In this document: piece by piece, positions 26,428 through 40,612 of the stretch
How positions within the stretch are numbered: the stretch's first letter is position 1
Layout of the letters: each line of letters begins with the position of its first letter
DNA from: Eledone cirrhosa
Taxonomy: Eukaryota
DNA length: 64,000 nt
Assembly: GCA_964016885.1 (NCBI GenBank)
Contig: OZ024740.1
Coordinates: forward strand, 316,696,001-316,760,000
Direction of reading: 5' to 3'
Program-made: the position numbers and the translations under genes
The notes under the pieces: model-generated
The model's input: the letters and a program-made list of their open reading frames with translations, nothing else
What the model was told of the DNA's origin: nothing
Databases searched by the model: none

Positions 26428-27060
26428 CCTTTCTGAATTTGTTTAGCAAGATTCTTTATCTGAAATCGTGTGTTGAAACCGATATTGTTATACTTTGGGA
26501 GGGTCATGTTGCCAATAAGAAACACACGCACCAGTTATTTTCACTTCAATTTATTATAATAAATTTATAAATTTATAAGTTTCTGGTTGGTTGGTTGGTT
26601 CCACAACCATATAGTTGTTTATATATAGTCATAGTTCTTTCGTCACACACTCTGTGACCTCTTCAGTGACTGGGGATTCCTTTCTTTGTTTCTGTGCCTC
26701 TCCTTTGTTCTGTCCTACGCCATTTTGTTTCTGTGTGTGTGTTGTGTGCTCAGTCTGCGCATGCGCCACATCCGGGTGTCTGTGTGTGTTTATGTTCATT
26801 TATTTATTTGTTTATTTATTTATTTATTTATTTGTTTAGAATCTACACACAGAAAAGACGCAATGTTTAGACAAATTACAGAGGCAATAAACATAAAAGA
26901 ATTACAACCAAAATTAAATAGAAAATATGAGTGGAACAGCAACATCACAACTTACAATTAAGGACAAAATGAAAACACACACACACATAGAACAAACAAC
27001 CAACCAGTAACATGTAAATAAACAAATAGATAAATGAACATAAACACACACAGACACCCG
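26425..27060. mobile_element. PLE remnant: HHR repeat plus GIY-YIG C-terminal peptide between inverted arms
   Basis: ESTHRKDAMFRQITEAINIKELQPKLNRKYEW at ~26838-26935; ~26773-26830 inverted with ~27005-27060; related copy at 35515-35776. Confidence 0.6.
26628..26670 (-). ncRNA. Type I hammerhead ribozyme, family F
   Basis: GTCA-CTGAAGA-gGTCACA..TGTGAC-GAAA-GAAC-TA^TGAC. Confidence 0.7.
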
Positions 27061-27398
27061 CCAATGGAATATGTTGCACACCCCTGATTGCTGGATATGT
27101 GAACAATCATACAAACTGGGAAATACATTTTGATAAATTAATGGTTTGCATAAAGAGACTATAGCTTATGTTGAAGTGACTAAAGGTAAACAATGATATT
27201 TAAATAATATATTTCTAGGATATAGTTACATAAATATGAGTAACTTTGGAGAAATAACAATTTACAGTAACAAATATAGATGTATGATCTTCGGAAAACG
27301 AACTTCTTATTGTAGCAACATGACTTGCGATAGGAAATGCAGTGTATGTGTGTGTAAATTGTAAAGAATTACAGACACACACATATATATATATATAT

Positions 27399-27440
27399 AT
27401 TTGATGTTTTTTTTTTTATCCTTCTTAGCATTCATAGTTG

Positions 27441-27508
<68 letters not shown>

Positions 27509-27550
27509 CAACTATGAATGCTAAGAAGGATAAAAAAAAAAACATCAAAT
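27399..27550. repeat. Perfect palindrome centred on a (TA)n tract
   Basis: 43-bp unique arms. Confidence 0.85.
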
Positions 27551-27569
27551 CTCTTTACCGTGTGTTATA

Positions 27570-27800
27570 AACAAAATGTTCTACAACAACCTCCCACCCA
27601 TTAGCCATACCATCAGTGTCAAGCGTCTTCATCTTGCAGGTCATGTAATCAGAGGCAACGAACCAGCTACAAAACTTACTATGAGAGACCACTAATGTGA
27701 AACAAACGCGGAGAACCTCTCAAGACGTTGAGTCATTGAGGAAGATGCTGAACTATCGAGTGAAGAACTGAAGCAGTTTGTGTGAGAGAGAAAGGTTTGT
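27570..27800 (+). pseudogene. RTE LINE 3' remnant
   Basis: RLHLAGHVIRGNEPATKL. Confidence 0.55.
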
Positions 27801-29032
27801 ACTGAAATTTAGCTGGTATTTCTAGTAGGTCAAGTAAGCAAGTAGAGGACTCTTCATTCGCTCAAGCTGATTTAGTAAAATAGAATTTTTAGAAAATCTA
27901 AGACTTTTATGATCCGAAACAGAAATTTTTCAGAAAACGTACGTGACAAGATGATTCATTTTGGTGCTTGTACATTCGATAAAAAGTTAATATTTAATGC
28001 AATTTATATTAAGTATTACTGATTAGGGTTTCAGTTTTAGTTATGGTTAATAGACGAGATAGCAACACCTGAAAAGCAGTTATTGCGTTGTAAAGTCTTG
28101 GCGCTCACACCCATACTCTTTTTTAGCGCATGCGCAAAACCAAAAATGAAACAGACTGCCTAATATTTATTTTGATACTCCATTGGCAAATATACATAAA
28201 GAACAGACAATTTGATTGATTGAAATATGTCTGGGTACAGCGAGATCAATATCCGAGCAGCTTAATACACAAATCATAAATATCATATACAGACGAGCCA
28301 ATGGGAAAAACTGTGCACGGTCGTACGACCTTTTAGAAATAGCCGCTAAATTTTCCTCAGATTACACCTTTACATTGGGTAAATGAAATGGTCACGACTG
28401 GAATGAGGTTTCTGATCGTAAATCTACTCGATCAGAGTTAACCTGGGGCTAAATAACATCAACTACAACAACAAACACACGGAAAATATTAGAACAATCA
28501 CACAAAGGAGATTAGAATCAACACGTTAACAAAATATGGAACAGGTTAGGAGAGTTTTAGAACCAATGTTTAGAATCGGTTAGGACATAGTCATATGATC
28601 AATATATTGTGTAGATTAGAATCTGTGACCCTAGAGTCCTTGTCCTTCCCTTCATTTTTCGTTTTTAAATATCTGTAGTGTTGTTATTTAAAATGGATTT
28701 GTTTACGATTAAAATATATATATATAATGAAATAATTGACATAGTTCCACAATCGTCTAAATCCTTAACTAGATCGACTTTTTCTGAGAGAAGTTGACAT
28801 CATATAAACTACTGGACAAAAAAAAGGGATGGGGGTGAAAACACGCTGCAACAAGGGGACGCTGGAGTTGCCCTCTTTCAAAGGAATAGTCTTTCATAAC
28901 TTTGCCTTTCATCCTTACGGGGTCGATAAAATAAAGTACCAGTAATGCACTGGGTAATTGCTGGCCTTGTGCCAAAAGTAGAAACAATTATCTTCCGGTA
29001 GGATGTTGATCATTACTAAGGACAAGTTAGAC

Positions 29033-29480
29033 CAGCGTTTCTCAACTGGTGTTCCTCGGAACCCTACGGTTCCGCAAGAAGTCGCTAAGGGTTCCGCGAG
29101 AATCAGTGATAAATAAGCTAATGTATTTTAAAGTACCGTATTTCCCAGCGCCGCAGACGCTTCGTCCTCGAGGACGTACCCTAATTTTGACAACCAAAAA
29201 TTTGCACACAAACAACCTTCGGCCTACAGGACGCATGGTAGATTTTTTTTAGACTTATTTTAGGAAAAAAGTAGCGGGAAATACGGTAATTTTTATTTAA
29301 TTTTATATTCGTAATTTTACAAAAAAGAGGGTCATTTTTTCCCTTTAAACCAGTTATCCGAAAAAAAATATGAACTACGATAAAATTACAAAACAGATAG
29401 ATATTGATAATAGTATATAATTGTTATGCAGGAGTTCCCTGAAAACATGAACACTATGTGAAGAGTTCCACATAGCAAGT
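29033..29480. mobile_element. hAT-like MITE remnant with nested Tc1-like MITE (29136-29286)
   Basis: Starts CAGCGTTTCTCAAC; nested TIR ccgtatttccc/gggaaatacgg with TA duplication. Confidence 0.6.
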
Positions 29481-31272
29481 GAAGGTACTTAAAGCTCCAT
29501 TTTGGATATTTTTCTCGCCAATTCAGCGATAATCGCATTTTCGGCGGGCAGGAAAAGCGAAGCTGATAGCAAGGTGATGGATTTGTGAGGGTGTTTGCGT
29601 GCGGGCGGAAAAATAATTAAAACCGTAATAGGGTTTTAATCTTTTTCAACTGTCTTTCTCCCACCCACCTCTATCTGTCTGTCTCTCTTTCACCACCCCT
29701 CCTCTCTCTCACCTCTCACTCACACAGTTTCAGATTTGACCTGTGAAACCAAAAGCAAAAAATACCTTGTCGATTTTTATATATCATCCAATCGGATCAA
29801 GGAGACTTCATAGCATAACAAAAAAAATTAACCGTTGTGTGATTCAACCAGTGAAACTGTTTCATAAAATTAACTGTATTAAACGGTAAACAATAGAAGA
29901 AATAAAACAGTTAGTTAAACAATATAAAGTACTTACCACTATCATCATCACTGGAACTAGGCCGTATCTGAAATACTGGACCCATTAGCTCAGATTACAG
30001 ATGAATGTTATTGTTATTGTAAATTCGTTTTAATTAGAATTTGGATAGATTCCAGATAAAGTAGATTATTTTTTTTTAAATTTCCATTTAGCTCCTAGTC
30101 CGAGAAATGCAAATGCGTGTATGATAATAAAAAAAAAGATCGTGAGATAAATAGATAAGTTACGAGGCGGGAATTTCACCTTACAGGTATGAGATGGGGT
30201 GAGATAGGGGATCAATGTTTTAACCCATACTTAACAATGACTTCGTAAGAGCAGTCCTCGGAATGAACGTAAGATAAAGAACGAAATTAGGTTACGTTAG
30301 ATCAAGCCGCCAGACTAAATCGAGTAGTTTATACAAGCTGATTTGAAAACTCAAACCAGCTAACAAGCCAATACTTCAGGTAAACTATAGTAAATGGTTG
30401 TGTATTATTATCACACCCTTTTTTTTTTTTGTTCCAGTTTCTATAGTGATTTAAAACTCTCATCACGTCAGTCAGTTAAGAATATAACGTCCGTAAAGTT
30501 TACTTTGTTGATCACGAAATGACGGGTCAGTTAGCGTGTCTTGCTCGACAACGAAGGTACGCCTTGGAGCACGTCTGTCTGAGAATGTCCTAGATTACTA
30601 TATATTTATACCAGAATCATATAAAGTAAATAGATTGATATCTACTTTTATTTTTCGACCTCCTCTCACACACTTGCTACTTGTTCTAGTTTATTAGAAA
30701 AAATTTCTCCGGAAATTATTGATCGCTCACCATACAGTTGAAACCAAAACGACATCTATGAAAAATTGAAAGGACTTTCCTTCTTCTTGTCCTTATGATT
30801 ATTATTATTATTAAATCAGAAACCATTATTATTATTACGAGCATATGTAGTGTGTATATTGATATACGTAAATATATATGCACATAGATATAATACGTAA
30901 ATTGACAATATGCACATAAACTGAACAAAGACTGTGTTACACTTGCTTCTGTAATCAGTAAAGTAATCCATGATACATTTTTAAAAAAGGCGATAATGGA
31001 GATGGAAAAGCGATGAAACTGTTGACCGAAAATGTTCATGAATCTTCACTTGAGAATGTCGATGGGAAGGTTCAAGCAGTGAATTTGAAAATAGATGCTG
31101 CTGGTATGAATGAATGAATTACATTTACCAATATGAAGAGTTGACCCTTGCTATATTGTTGTTTTACTGTATTCACATATAGACTTCTTAAGTTTTTGTA
31201 GTGTCCCTTTTCTAGCAGTTAAAAAGAAACTGAAATACATTTCAACTAAAAGAGAGTGATAGCTGTTTCGCA

Positions 31273-34200
31273 TCACTGTAGAATTTCTTTGTAGACACAG
31301 TTGTCAACAAACAGACCCCTTTCATTTAATATTTTTATATTTTCTTTTTTTGTAACTCGTGATAATGCAACATACATCTGACCATATGAGAAGAATTGTG
31401 TTGGTAGATATATACCTATCTTTTCAAATGTCTGCCCTTGTGCCTTGTTGCATGTAAGGGCAAAGGCTGGTTTGACAGGAAATTGCTTGCGAGTAAAGGT
31501 GAAAGGGAACTGAAGCTCTTGAGATACATGTGGTATCTCTGGGATTAGCAACCTTGTTCCAGCATTGGGACCCAATGCCACTTCAGCTTCAATTACACGA
31601 TTATGTAAACTGATGGTGATGTAGCATGTACCATTGCAATGTCCGTTTAGAGGATCCAGATTTCTCAGAAGCATGATGCAACTGCCCTTCTTCAGTTTAA
31701 CCCTTTAGCATTTAAACTGGCCAGAATTCTTTCACCTCTTTCTGTTCCAATTGGCTGTAACTGGCCGTTTATACTGTTGTTAAGATATTGTTCTCAAAAT
31801 AAATAATATCCAAATCTCATAGATTTGATATTTTGGGAGATAATTATATGAGATAAAGTCTTTACCATGAAAATGTAATAGTAAATATAAAATAATGTAA
31901 ATGCTAAAGGGTTAAGTATGTGTGTTGGGGAGCCTGATGGCGTAAGTTTGTTGATGAACTCAATTGGATATTGCAGTTCATTATCTACTGTATCAGAGCT
32001 TCTGTAGATTATTTCATGACCAGGGAACTTGTTGACCATGAACTCATTCACCAATCTTGCTGCATCATTTGTTGGAGTGATAATGGCTCTATTTGCAAGC
32101 CATAGTGGTTTTGTGTAATTTCCTGGAAGATTTTTATACACAAAATCACACAGTCCAGACACATTACCATATTCCAGACAAAGTTCATTTGGCAGAAGAA
32201 TTGTGAATGCACCTACAGTTGGAATGTTACCATTTCCCATATCAAGAAAATAGTTTGCAAACTGCCTTTCATCAGAATCCTCTGCATTAATTAACTGTTG
32301 ATTGGTTGTCATCTCCATGGTTTCCACATAGTCCCAAAGGTAGGATCTCTTGATGGTTGCCTCAACTATTTGTGGTCTAACACCATGACATACAACTGGA
32401 AGAATTTGCTTCTAGTCACCAGATAGTAATACTGTTAGACCACCAAATGGCTTTTTGCAATCTCGAACATCTTTGAAGCTCCTGTCAAGGCATTCAAAGA
32501 TATGCTTATGTCCCATACCTATCTCATCAATGATTAGCAGGTCAGCTTGCTGCATAAGTTTACCTGTGTCATCCCTCTTTGTGAAGAAGCAAGTTGATTC
32601 AGCAGTCACATTGAGAGGAATCTTGCACTTGGAATGAAGAGTTCTACCTTTGTAAAGCAAAGTGGCTGCTATTCCAGATATGTGCAAGTGCAATTTTTAT
32701 TTTTAGATCGCAGATAATCCAACAGGATGTTTATGACATAGGTCTTTCCTGTACCTGCATTCAAGCAGAAATTCTGCCTTCATTTTCATTTACAGAGGTG
32801 ATTATTTTGTGAAAAATAACCAGTTGCTCAGGATTCAATGTTGGCAGAAGTTCATTTAATTTTGCTTGCAGTTGGTGTGTATTGAAATCAGTTTCTACCA
32901 TAAGAACCCTGTTGATTTCTGGTATGGCAACAATAGTTGGGTCTGGCTGAGGAAGTCCATAGTTGGCATGAATGTCCAAGCCATCATGTTGAAGTCTTTG
33001 TTGGATCTTCTGTAGAACAATCTGCACGGTTTGCATGGACATGACTTGCTCATGACGTTCATGCATGATATCCTCTGCAAGACAATTCATCCATTTCTCC
33101 CAGAACTGCAGAGGGTCATTCGGCATGCTGTACAATAAAATGGTGCAGACGATCTCTTGCAGCTGAGGACCAAGCGTAATGGATGAGGCCTCTTCCATAG
33201 CTTTATCTTTTTCTCCATCTTCATCTAACAGACCAAGTTTCCTGCATGCTTCTTGGAATGTTGGAAATTCAACTCCTTCAATTGTCCTCAAATCTTTGTA
33301 TGAAGTTGACCTAGCTTTGTGATGTAGGATCATCCTGAGGTAATATAATTCAGATTGATGTCTACTGAGAGATACTGTTGGAATGCATCATAAATTGTTG
33401 ATCACCATCCAGATGTCCCTTTTTTTCTTCTTTACCACTTTTTGTTTGTCCAAGTGAAATATTTAGGAATATCAATACATTATATGTTTTGTACCAGTGG
33501 GTCTCTAATATTCAGTTGAAAATATTCCGTCAACTTAGTCATTGGCTGTTCCCTAGAAACAATGCTTTCTTCTTGCCCTCGCTCATACACGACCATTTGT
33601 TCCCCAGGTAAATGGCAAGGCAACTTTTCAACTGGCGGTTTTTGATGATGTAATGGAAATTTATAGATTCTCCAGAATGCTTCACTGGTTGAGATGTACC
33701 ATGCATTGATATAGGTCTCAATCTCATTTTGGACATGGACACAATTTCCTTGATCATCCTTAATAGTGAAAGTGATCTTGTCTGATCCTTTTGTGATGTA
33801 CTTATATAAGTACTTAACAGCCTTGACACTGTGGACAACCTCACAATTGATGTGGCACTGATATCTCAATGAGAGGAAAGGGTTGTATGGAACAATCCAA
33901 TGATTATCAACAGTAAATTCTTTACCTTTAAGTTGGATTGTATGGGTGTGACCACCATGCTGTCTATCCCTTCTTCTATACTCCGGAAAGGAATTTTCGG
34001 CAACAAATGTGGTTTGTCTGAATGCTTTGAGATAACTTTTTGAGCAATGGTGTTGTTGTCCTAGCACTTCCATACATGAGCACATCATATTAGCTTGTCC
34101 ACATGGGCCATGAATGTTGTAGGATGTGATGATCTTATGCAGAATTGGATTGGTCTCTTTATCAGGAATCTCACAGTACACTACATGATCAATGGCATCA

Positions 34201-34452
34201 GCAGTTTTGGGCTTGCTATCTTCAGCCATTATCAGCAGAATATGAGCATGAGTGAGGCCTCGTTTTCTGCCACTCTATTGTAGCAGAATGAGCCACAACT
34301 TTTCCTAGGACATATTTTTTCAGTATGTCATCCATGAGGCTGTCATACTTGATCTTGAAAACTCTTGCATAAATATCAGGACGGTCTCTAGGTTCTTCAC
34401 CAGGGTGCAAACTATTTTTTATTTCATCCCAGTTACGGTTAGTTGTTACCAT
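31273..34452 (-). mobile_element. Decayed autonomous Helitron (Rep plus Pif1 helicase pseudogene)
   Basis: EWQKRGLTHAH (frameshifted), HGPCG, WIVPYNPFL, KYLYKYITKG, AGTGKT, IIDE, MLLRNL, QFPVKPAFALTCNKAQGQT, YVALSR. Confidence 0.92.
31701..31911. mobile_element. piggyBac-like MITE inserted in the Helitron helicase
   Basis: TTAA TSD; TIR ccctttagcattta/taaatgctaaaggg; removal restores HIL-KLKKGSCIMLLRNL. Confidence 0.9.
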
Positions 34453-35394
34453 GATGAAATAAGATGGCTTTTCCCATGTGTCGAACCACAGTCATCAAAT
34501 TCTGAAAGCACTCACTGTAGAAGCGAGGGGAACCATAGATTGAAGGAGGAAGAACAATTCACCTGCCTGCACTTGTTTCAGCTAGGTTTCTCAAATGGAA
34601 CTGCTTGAAATTAAGGTGAGAGTGTCTGAGTATTCCATAGACACGTATAACAGAGGGTTTCAGGGTGGGACTACATTGGTTCTTCGACTTACTGGCAGAG
34701 TTCACTTTTTTTTACTTCAGTGGAGAGAAGAAAGGTGAAATAAAGTGTCTTGCTCAAGAACACAACGCACTGATGGGATTCAAATTCTCAACATTACAAT
34801 CACGAGACACACACATGGACATAAACGCACACACATATGCACACATACACAGATACAGTAACACACATATGCACACACACACATAAGCAAACAAATACAC
34901 ACACACATATACATATATATACACATAAACACTTATGCACACACACAGATGCACACATATACACACACATAAACACACCACACATACATACATATATATA
35001 CGTGTGTGAGTCTATGTACTTATGCAATGGTAAAAAGAATATACACCTGTGGATTGAATCATTGGTACTGTAGTAAATTATCCTTTCCTTATTTCCACAT
35101 CTTCACATACATACACACAGCCACATATACAGATAACCACACTATCGTCTATCTTTCTATCTACATACCTATATATCTATGTATCGATCTATCGACCTAT
35201 CTATCTATTTGTCTATCTACCTCTCTCTCTCACACACACACACAAATATATCTATTCTAGAGAGTGTGTCCATCAGATGTATAATTACATTTCAAGAATT
35301 ATGGAGAATTTGCAAGTTACTTCATCCGGGGAGGATTAATAATGGCTTCACTAACTTCGGAAGACGAATTGTGTGTCTCGTGTCTCATATACAT

Positions 35395-35426
<32 letters not shown>

Positions 35427-35705
35427 CATCATCATCATCATCATTTCATCATGGCTTTTTGCAATCTCGAATATCTTTGAAGATGATGAAATGATGATTA
35501 TATATCTATATGTCGTTTCTGAATTTGTTTAGCAAGATTCTTTATCTGAAAACGTGTGTTGAAACCGATATTGTTATACTTTGGGAGGGTCATGTTGCCT
35601 ATAAGAAACACACGCACCAGTTGCTTTCACTTCAATTTATTATAATAAATTTATAAATTTCCGGTTGGTTGGATGGTTCCACAACCAGATGTTTGTTTAT
35701 ATATT

Positions 35706-35748
35706 GTCAAAGTTCTTTCGTCACACATTCTGTGACCTCTTCAGTGAC
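35706..35748 (-). ncRNA. Type I hammerhead ribozyme, family F
   Basis: Second copy of 26628-26670. Confidence 0.65.
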
Positions 35749-35776
35749 TGGGGATTCTTTTCTTTGTTTTTGTGCC

Positions 35777-35976
35777 NNNNNNNNNNNNNNNNNNNNNNNN
35801 NNNNNNNNNNNNNNNNNNNNNNNNNNNNNNNNNNNNNNNNNNNNNNNNNNNNNNNNNNNNNNNNNNNNNNNNNNNNNNNNNNNNNNNNNNNNNNNNNNNN
35901 NNNNNNNNNNNNNNNNNNNNNNNNNNNNNNNNNNNNNNNNNNNNNNNNNNNNNNNNNNNNNNNNNNNNNNNNNNNN
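35777..35976. other. Assembly gap
   Basis: 200 N. Confidence 1.
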
Positions 35977-36377
35977 ACCTCAGATTTTTTGTTAAGTAGG
36001 TTACGGTTGGAGAAGATAATATTGTGTGTCTCTAGTATACAGAGGTTACAGAATTTTTAGGTGGTTTGTACGAGGTCGCGCTGCCTATCACTTCCCATTT
36101 GAGTGTGTATGGTTTATTTTTAGATTTTAGATAGTGTATGTAGCTAGAAGTGAGGTGGAGTTGGCTAGGCTGTGCTTTTTGAACGAGTGGATGTGCGAGT
36201 TATATCTGATTTGAAGCAGTTAGAAGTGGAGCCTACATAGGTTTCTGAAGAGTTATTAGTCGTGACTGTGCATGAGTATATGACATCCTTGGTTAGGCAT
36301 TTTTTATCTAAAGGGCAGGTTCTATTAGCTCTACAGTTAGAATTATCTGTGCGTTAGTCCGCTGGTTATAATGCAAT
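35977..36377 (-). mobile_element. Inverted copy of the PLE GIY-YIG fragment
   Basis: Reverse complement of ~37125-37528. Confidence 0.85.
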
Positions 36378-36395
36378 ATATATATATATGTATAT

Positions 36396-36449
<54 letters not shown>

Positions 36450-36492
36450 GTATATATATATGTATATATATGTATATATATATGTATATATG

Positions 36493-36525
<33 letters not shown>

Positions 36526-36578
36526 GTATATATATGTATATATATATATTATGTATGTATATATATATATTATATATG

Positions 36579-36681
<103 letters not shown>

Positions 36682-36685
36682 ATAC

Positions 36686-37004
<319 letters not shown>

Positions 37005-37124
37005 TATACATATATATATACAATATATATACATATATATATACATATATATATACATATATATATAATATATATATAATATATATATATACATATACAT
37101 ATATATATATACATATATATATAT

Positions 37125-39117
37125 ATTGCATTATAACCAGCGGACTAACGCACAGAATAATTGTAACTGTAGAGCTAATAGAACCTGCCCTTTAGATAAA
37201 AAATGCCTAACCAAGGGATGTCATATACTCATGCACAGTCACGACTAATAACTCTTCAGAAACCTATGTAGGCTCCACTTCTAACTGCTTCAAAATCAGA
37301 TATAACTCGCACATCCACTCGTTCAAAAAGCACAGCCTAGCCAACTCCACCTCACTTTCTAGCTACATACACTATCTAAAATCTAAAATAAACCTTACAC
37401 ACTCAAATGGGAAGTGATAGGCAGCGCGACCTCGTACAAACCACCTAATAAATTCTGTAACCTCTGTATACTAGAGACACACAATATTATCTTCTCCAAC
37501 GTAACCTACTTAACAAAAAATCTGAGGTGTTTGCAACTTGCCAGCACCGCCTCAGACATTCCTTCCAAAACTTTAAGCCCTATATATAGCAATGTCGGAC
37601 TGGAACCCAACACCACATCTAGCATCAAACACCAGAGACACACCCTATACTACATACCCAACACTAGCTGATCCATTATAACACAAACAACGACATCCCT
37701 CTGGAACCCTTCGCAGGGAAAATACCCATTTATACCTCTACGGCAGGTGTGACAACATCCACCCACTTGGACGGCACTACACCGCTCTAAGGGTAATTTG
37801 AGCATTGAATTGATCGGTTGGATGGTGTTGGGCAGAGGAAACACCTTCCTTAGACAGATGTAAAATGATTTAATCGAGTAGCGCTGTTGACCAGTAGGAC
37901 CGGGCTGCGGAGCGCAGTGAGTGAATGCCAATGCAACTGCCGTGCGGGTTGTACGTATATGGATGATCTGACGGTCAGAGAGGGGTCGCGATGACTGCGG
38001 ATTGACCTTTGGCCTGCCTGGGGACGATTATCTTTCGACATCCAATGTAGCAAGTATGATGACCCAGATCTTACCAGAGATCATTGGGTCCTGAAGCAAT
38101 CCTGCAATCACCGCGCCTGGCCATATGAGCAGACTACAACCACAGAGATCATTAATTTAGAATCCTCGCTCATCATCTATAATTTCCATTTGTAGCACCT
38201 TATGATGGGTTAATCCACCTTAATAATAATATGATCACCTTCAATATAATTTAGTTAAACTACTCTATAGTTAGTACACTTTATGCTTTAAAAGTCTCTC
38301 TTGGAAGGTGCACCTCACCATAGAATTTAGGGTCTATATTGGGACACATTTTAATGGCTAGATATGGAGAAACCCCAGAGTTACCTCCCGCATGCATTAA
38401 CTCCCCTTAGCCACACACACACTTCCGGTATCAATGGCGTTTCCTCGAAACGTAACAACCTCCTGTATCGAACTAAAGAACACCAGACTACGACCTCTAA
38501 CTGGATTGTCGTGGATTATGTGAAAGGCATATAATCGAAATATACACTCCCTTGACCATGAAAATGCCGAAGTACATGAACTACTTGACATCCCTGCGCT
38601 GTGCATCTCCAATACTTATAACACTTTTAATGCTTGCACTATCTTTAATGCTTATAATATTTCTCCACACACAGACTACATCAATCATATAAAGACTTTG
38701 CCACCAGATCTACCAACCTAACACTCTTATTTACCTACCTAAGTGCCTCTACCACACATATCTCTCTGCCACACTATATAAACAAGACGCACATGCGTGC
38801 CACACATATAACATTTGCACTATATAACCACTTATCTTCATGTTGTACTTTAACCTATATCTTTGATTTTTTGATTGTACCTATTAATATAAATGTAATC
38901 TCGAAGTGTGTACTGCCACTCTAAATTCTGTAATGAATGTTGACCCACAATGTTTGAATATGTATCAATGTTTGAATATGTATTGGGTATGTCTCTCGCT
39001 GAAAAGGAGGTCATATAACTGTCCATGCATTAATAAATTGCTCCGAAGAATCCAAACCTCGGTTTGGAGGAAACAGCTGTAAGCACAATAATGTTTTGAA
39101 CAGTTCTTTGATTCTGT

Positions 39118-39125
<8 letters not shown>
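37125..39125 (+). mobile_element. 5'-truncated Penelope-like element (GIY-YIG, 3' UTR, HHR), tandem copy 1
   Basis: CNCR..CPL..CLTKDVIY..TYVGST..FKIRY..CNLC; nested RTE remnant at ~37850-38130. Confidence 0.85.
39039..39085 (+). ncRNA. Minimal type I hammerhead, core variant CCGAAGA
   Basis: TGCT-CCGAAGA-aTCCAAACC(tc)GGTTTGGAg-GAAAC-AGCT-GTA^AGCA. Confidence 0.75.
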
Positions 39126-39160
<35 letters not shown>

Positions 39161-39352
39161 ATATATATATATAATATAGGATCAAAAGATGGTTAAAGGA
39201 GTTCCATATATTTTATTATGCGCATAAAATATTGGAACTCCTTTAACCATCTTTGTTCTTATATTATGCATACTCCAGTCCACAAACTGTAGAGTGCTTC
39301 TTATCCGATATCTGCATTGCTTTATTGTACTACAATAAAACTCACCTCCTAC

Positions 39353-39394
<42 letters not shown>

Positions 39395-39467
39395 AACCAA
39401 ACAGTGAGTGTGTTCTGTTATTAATTCTGGCAATATTACGCAAATATGACCCTCCCCAAGTATAACA

Positions 39468-39499
<32 letters not shown>

Positions 39500-39715
39500 G
39501 TATATGTATATATGTATATGTATATATGTATATGTATATAATATGTATATATGTATATGTATATATGTATATGTATATATGAATATGTATATGTATATGT
39601 ATATATATATATGTATATATATATATGTATATATATATATGTATATATATATGTATGTGTATATATATGTATATGTATATATATATGTATATATATATAT
39701 ATGTATGTATATATG

Positions 39716-39755
<40 letters not shown>

Positions 39756-39779
39756 GTAGTATATATATATATATATATT

Positions 39780-39811
<32 letters not shown>

Positions 39812-39834
39812 GTATATGTATATATATAGTATAT

Positions 39835-39936
<102 letters not shown>

Positions 39937-39983
39937 GTATATATATATGTATATAATATGTAATATATATATGTATATATATG

Positions 39984-40016
<33 letters not shown>

Positions 40017-40027
40017 GTATATATATG

Positions 40028-40129
<102 letters not shown>

Positions 40130-40177
40130 TGTATATATAATATATATATATATTATATATATATTATATATATATAC

Positions 40178-40379
<202 letters not shown>

Positions 40380-40401
40380 TATATATATTATATATATATA
40401 T

Positions 40402-40502
<101 letters not shown>

Positions 40503-40538
40503 TATACATATTATATCATATATATACATTATATATAC

Positions 40539-40575
<37 letters not shown>

Positions 40576-40612
40576 GATATACATTACATTATATAATACA
40601 TATATATATATA

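Noticed and set aside
30990-31105. Short plus-strand frame ending in gtatga
   Set aside because: No good acceptor and no recognisable protein
35270-35335. Degenerate hammerhead (CGGATGA..GAAA-TGTA/TACA-TC, minus)
   Set aside because: Core mutated and stem I does not pair; at best a relic
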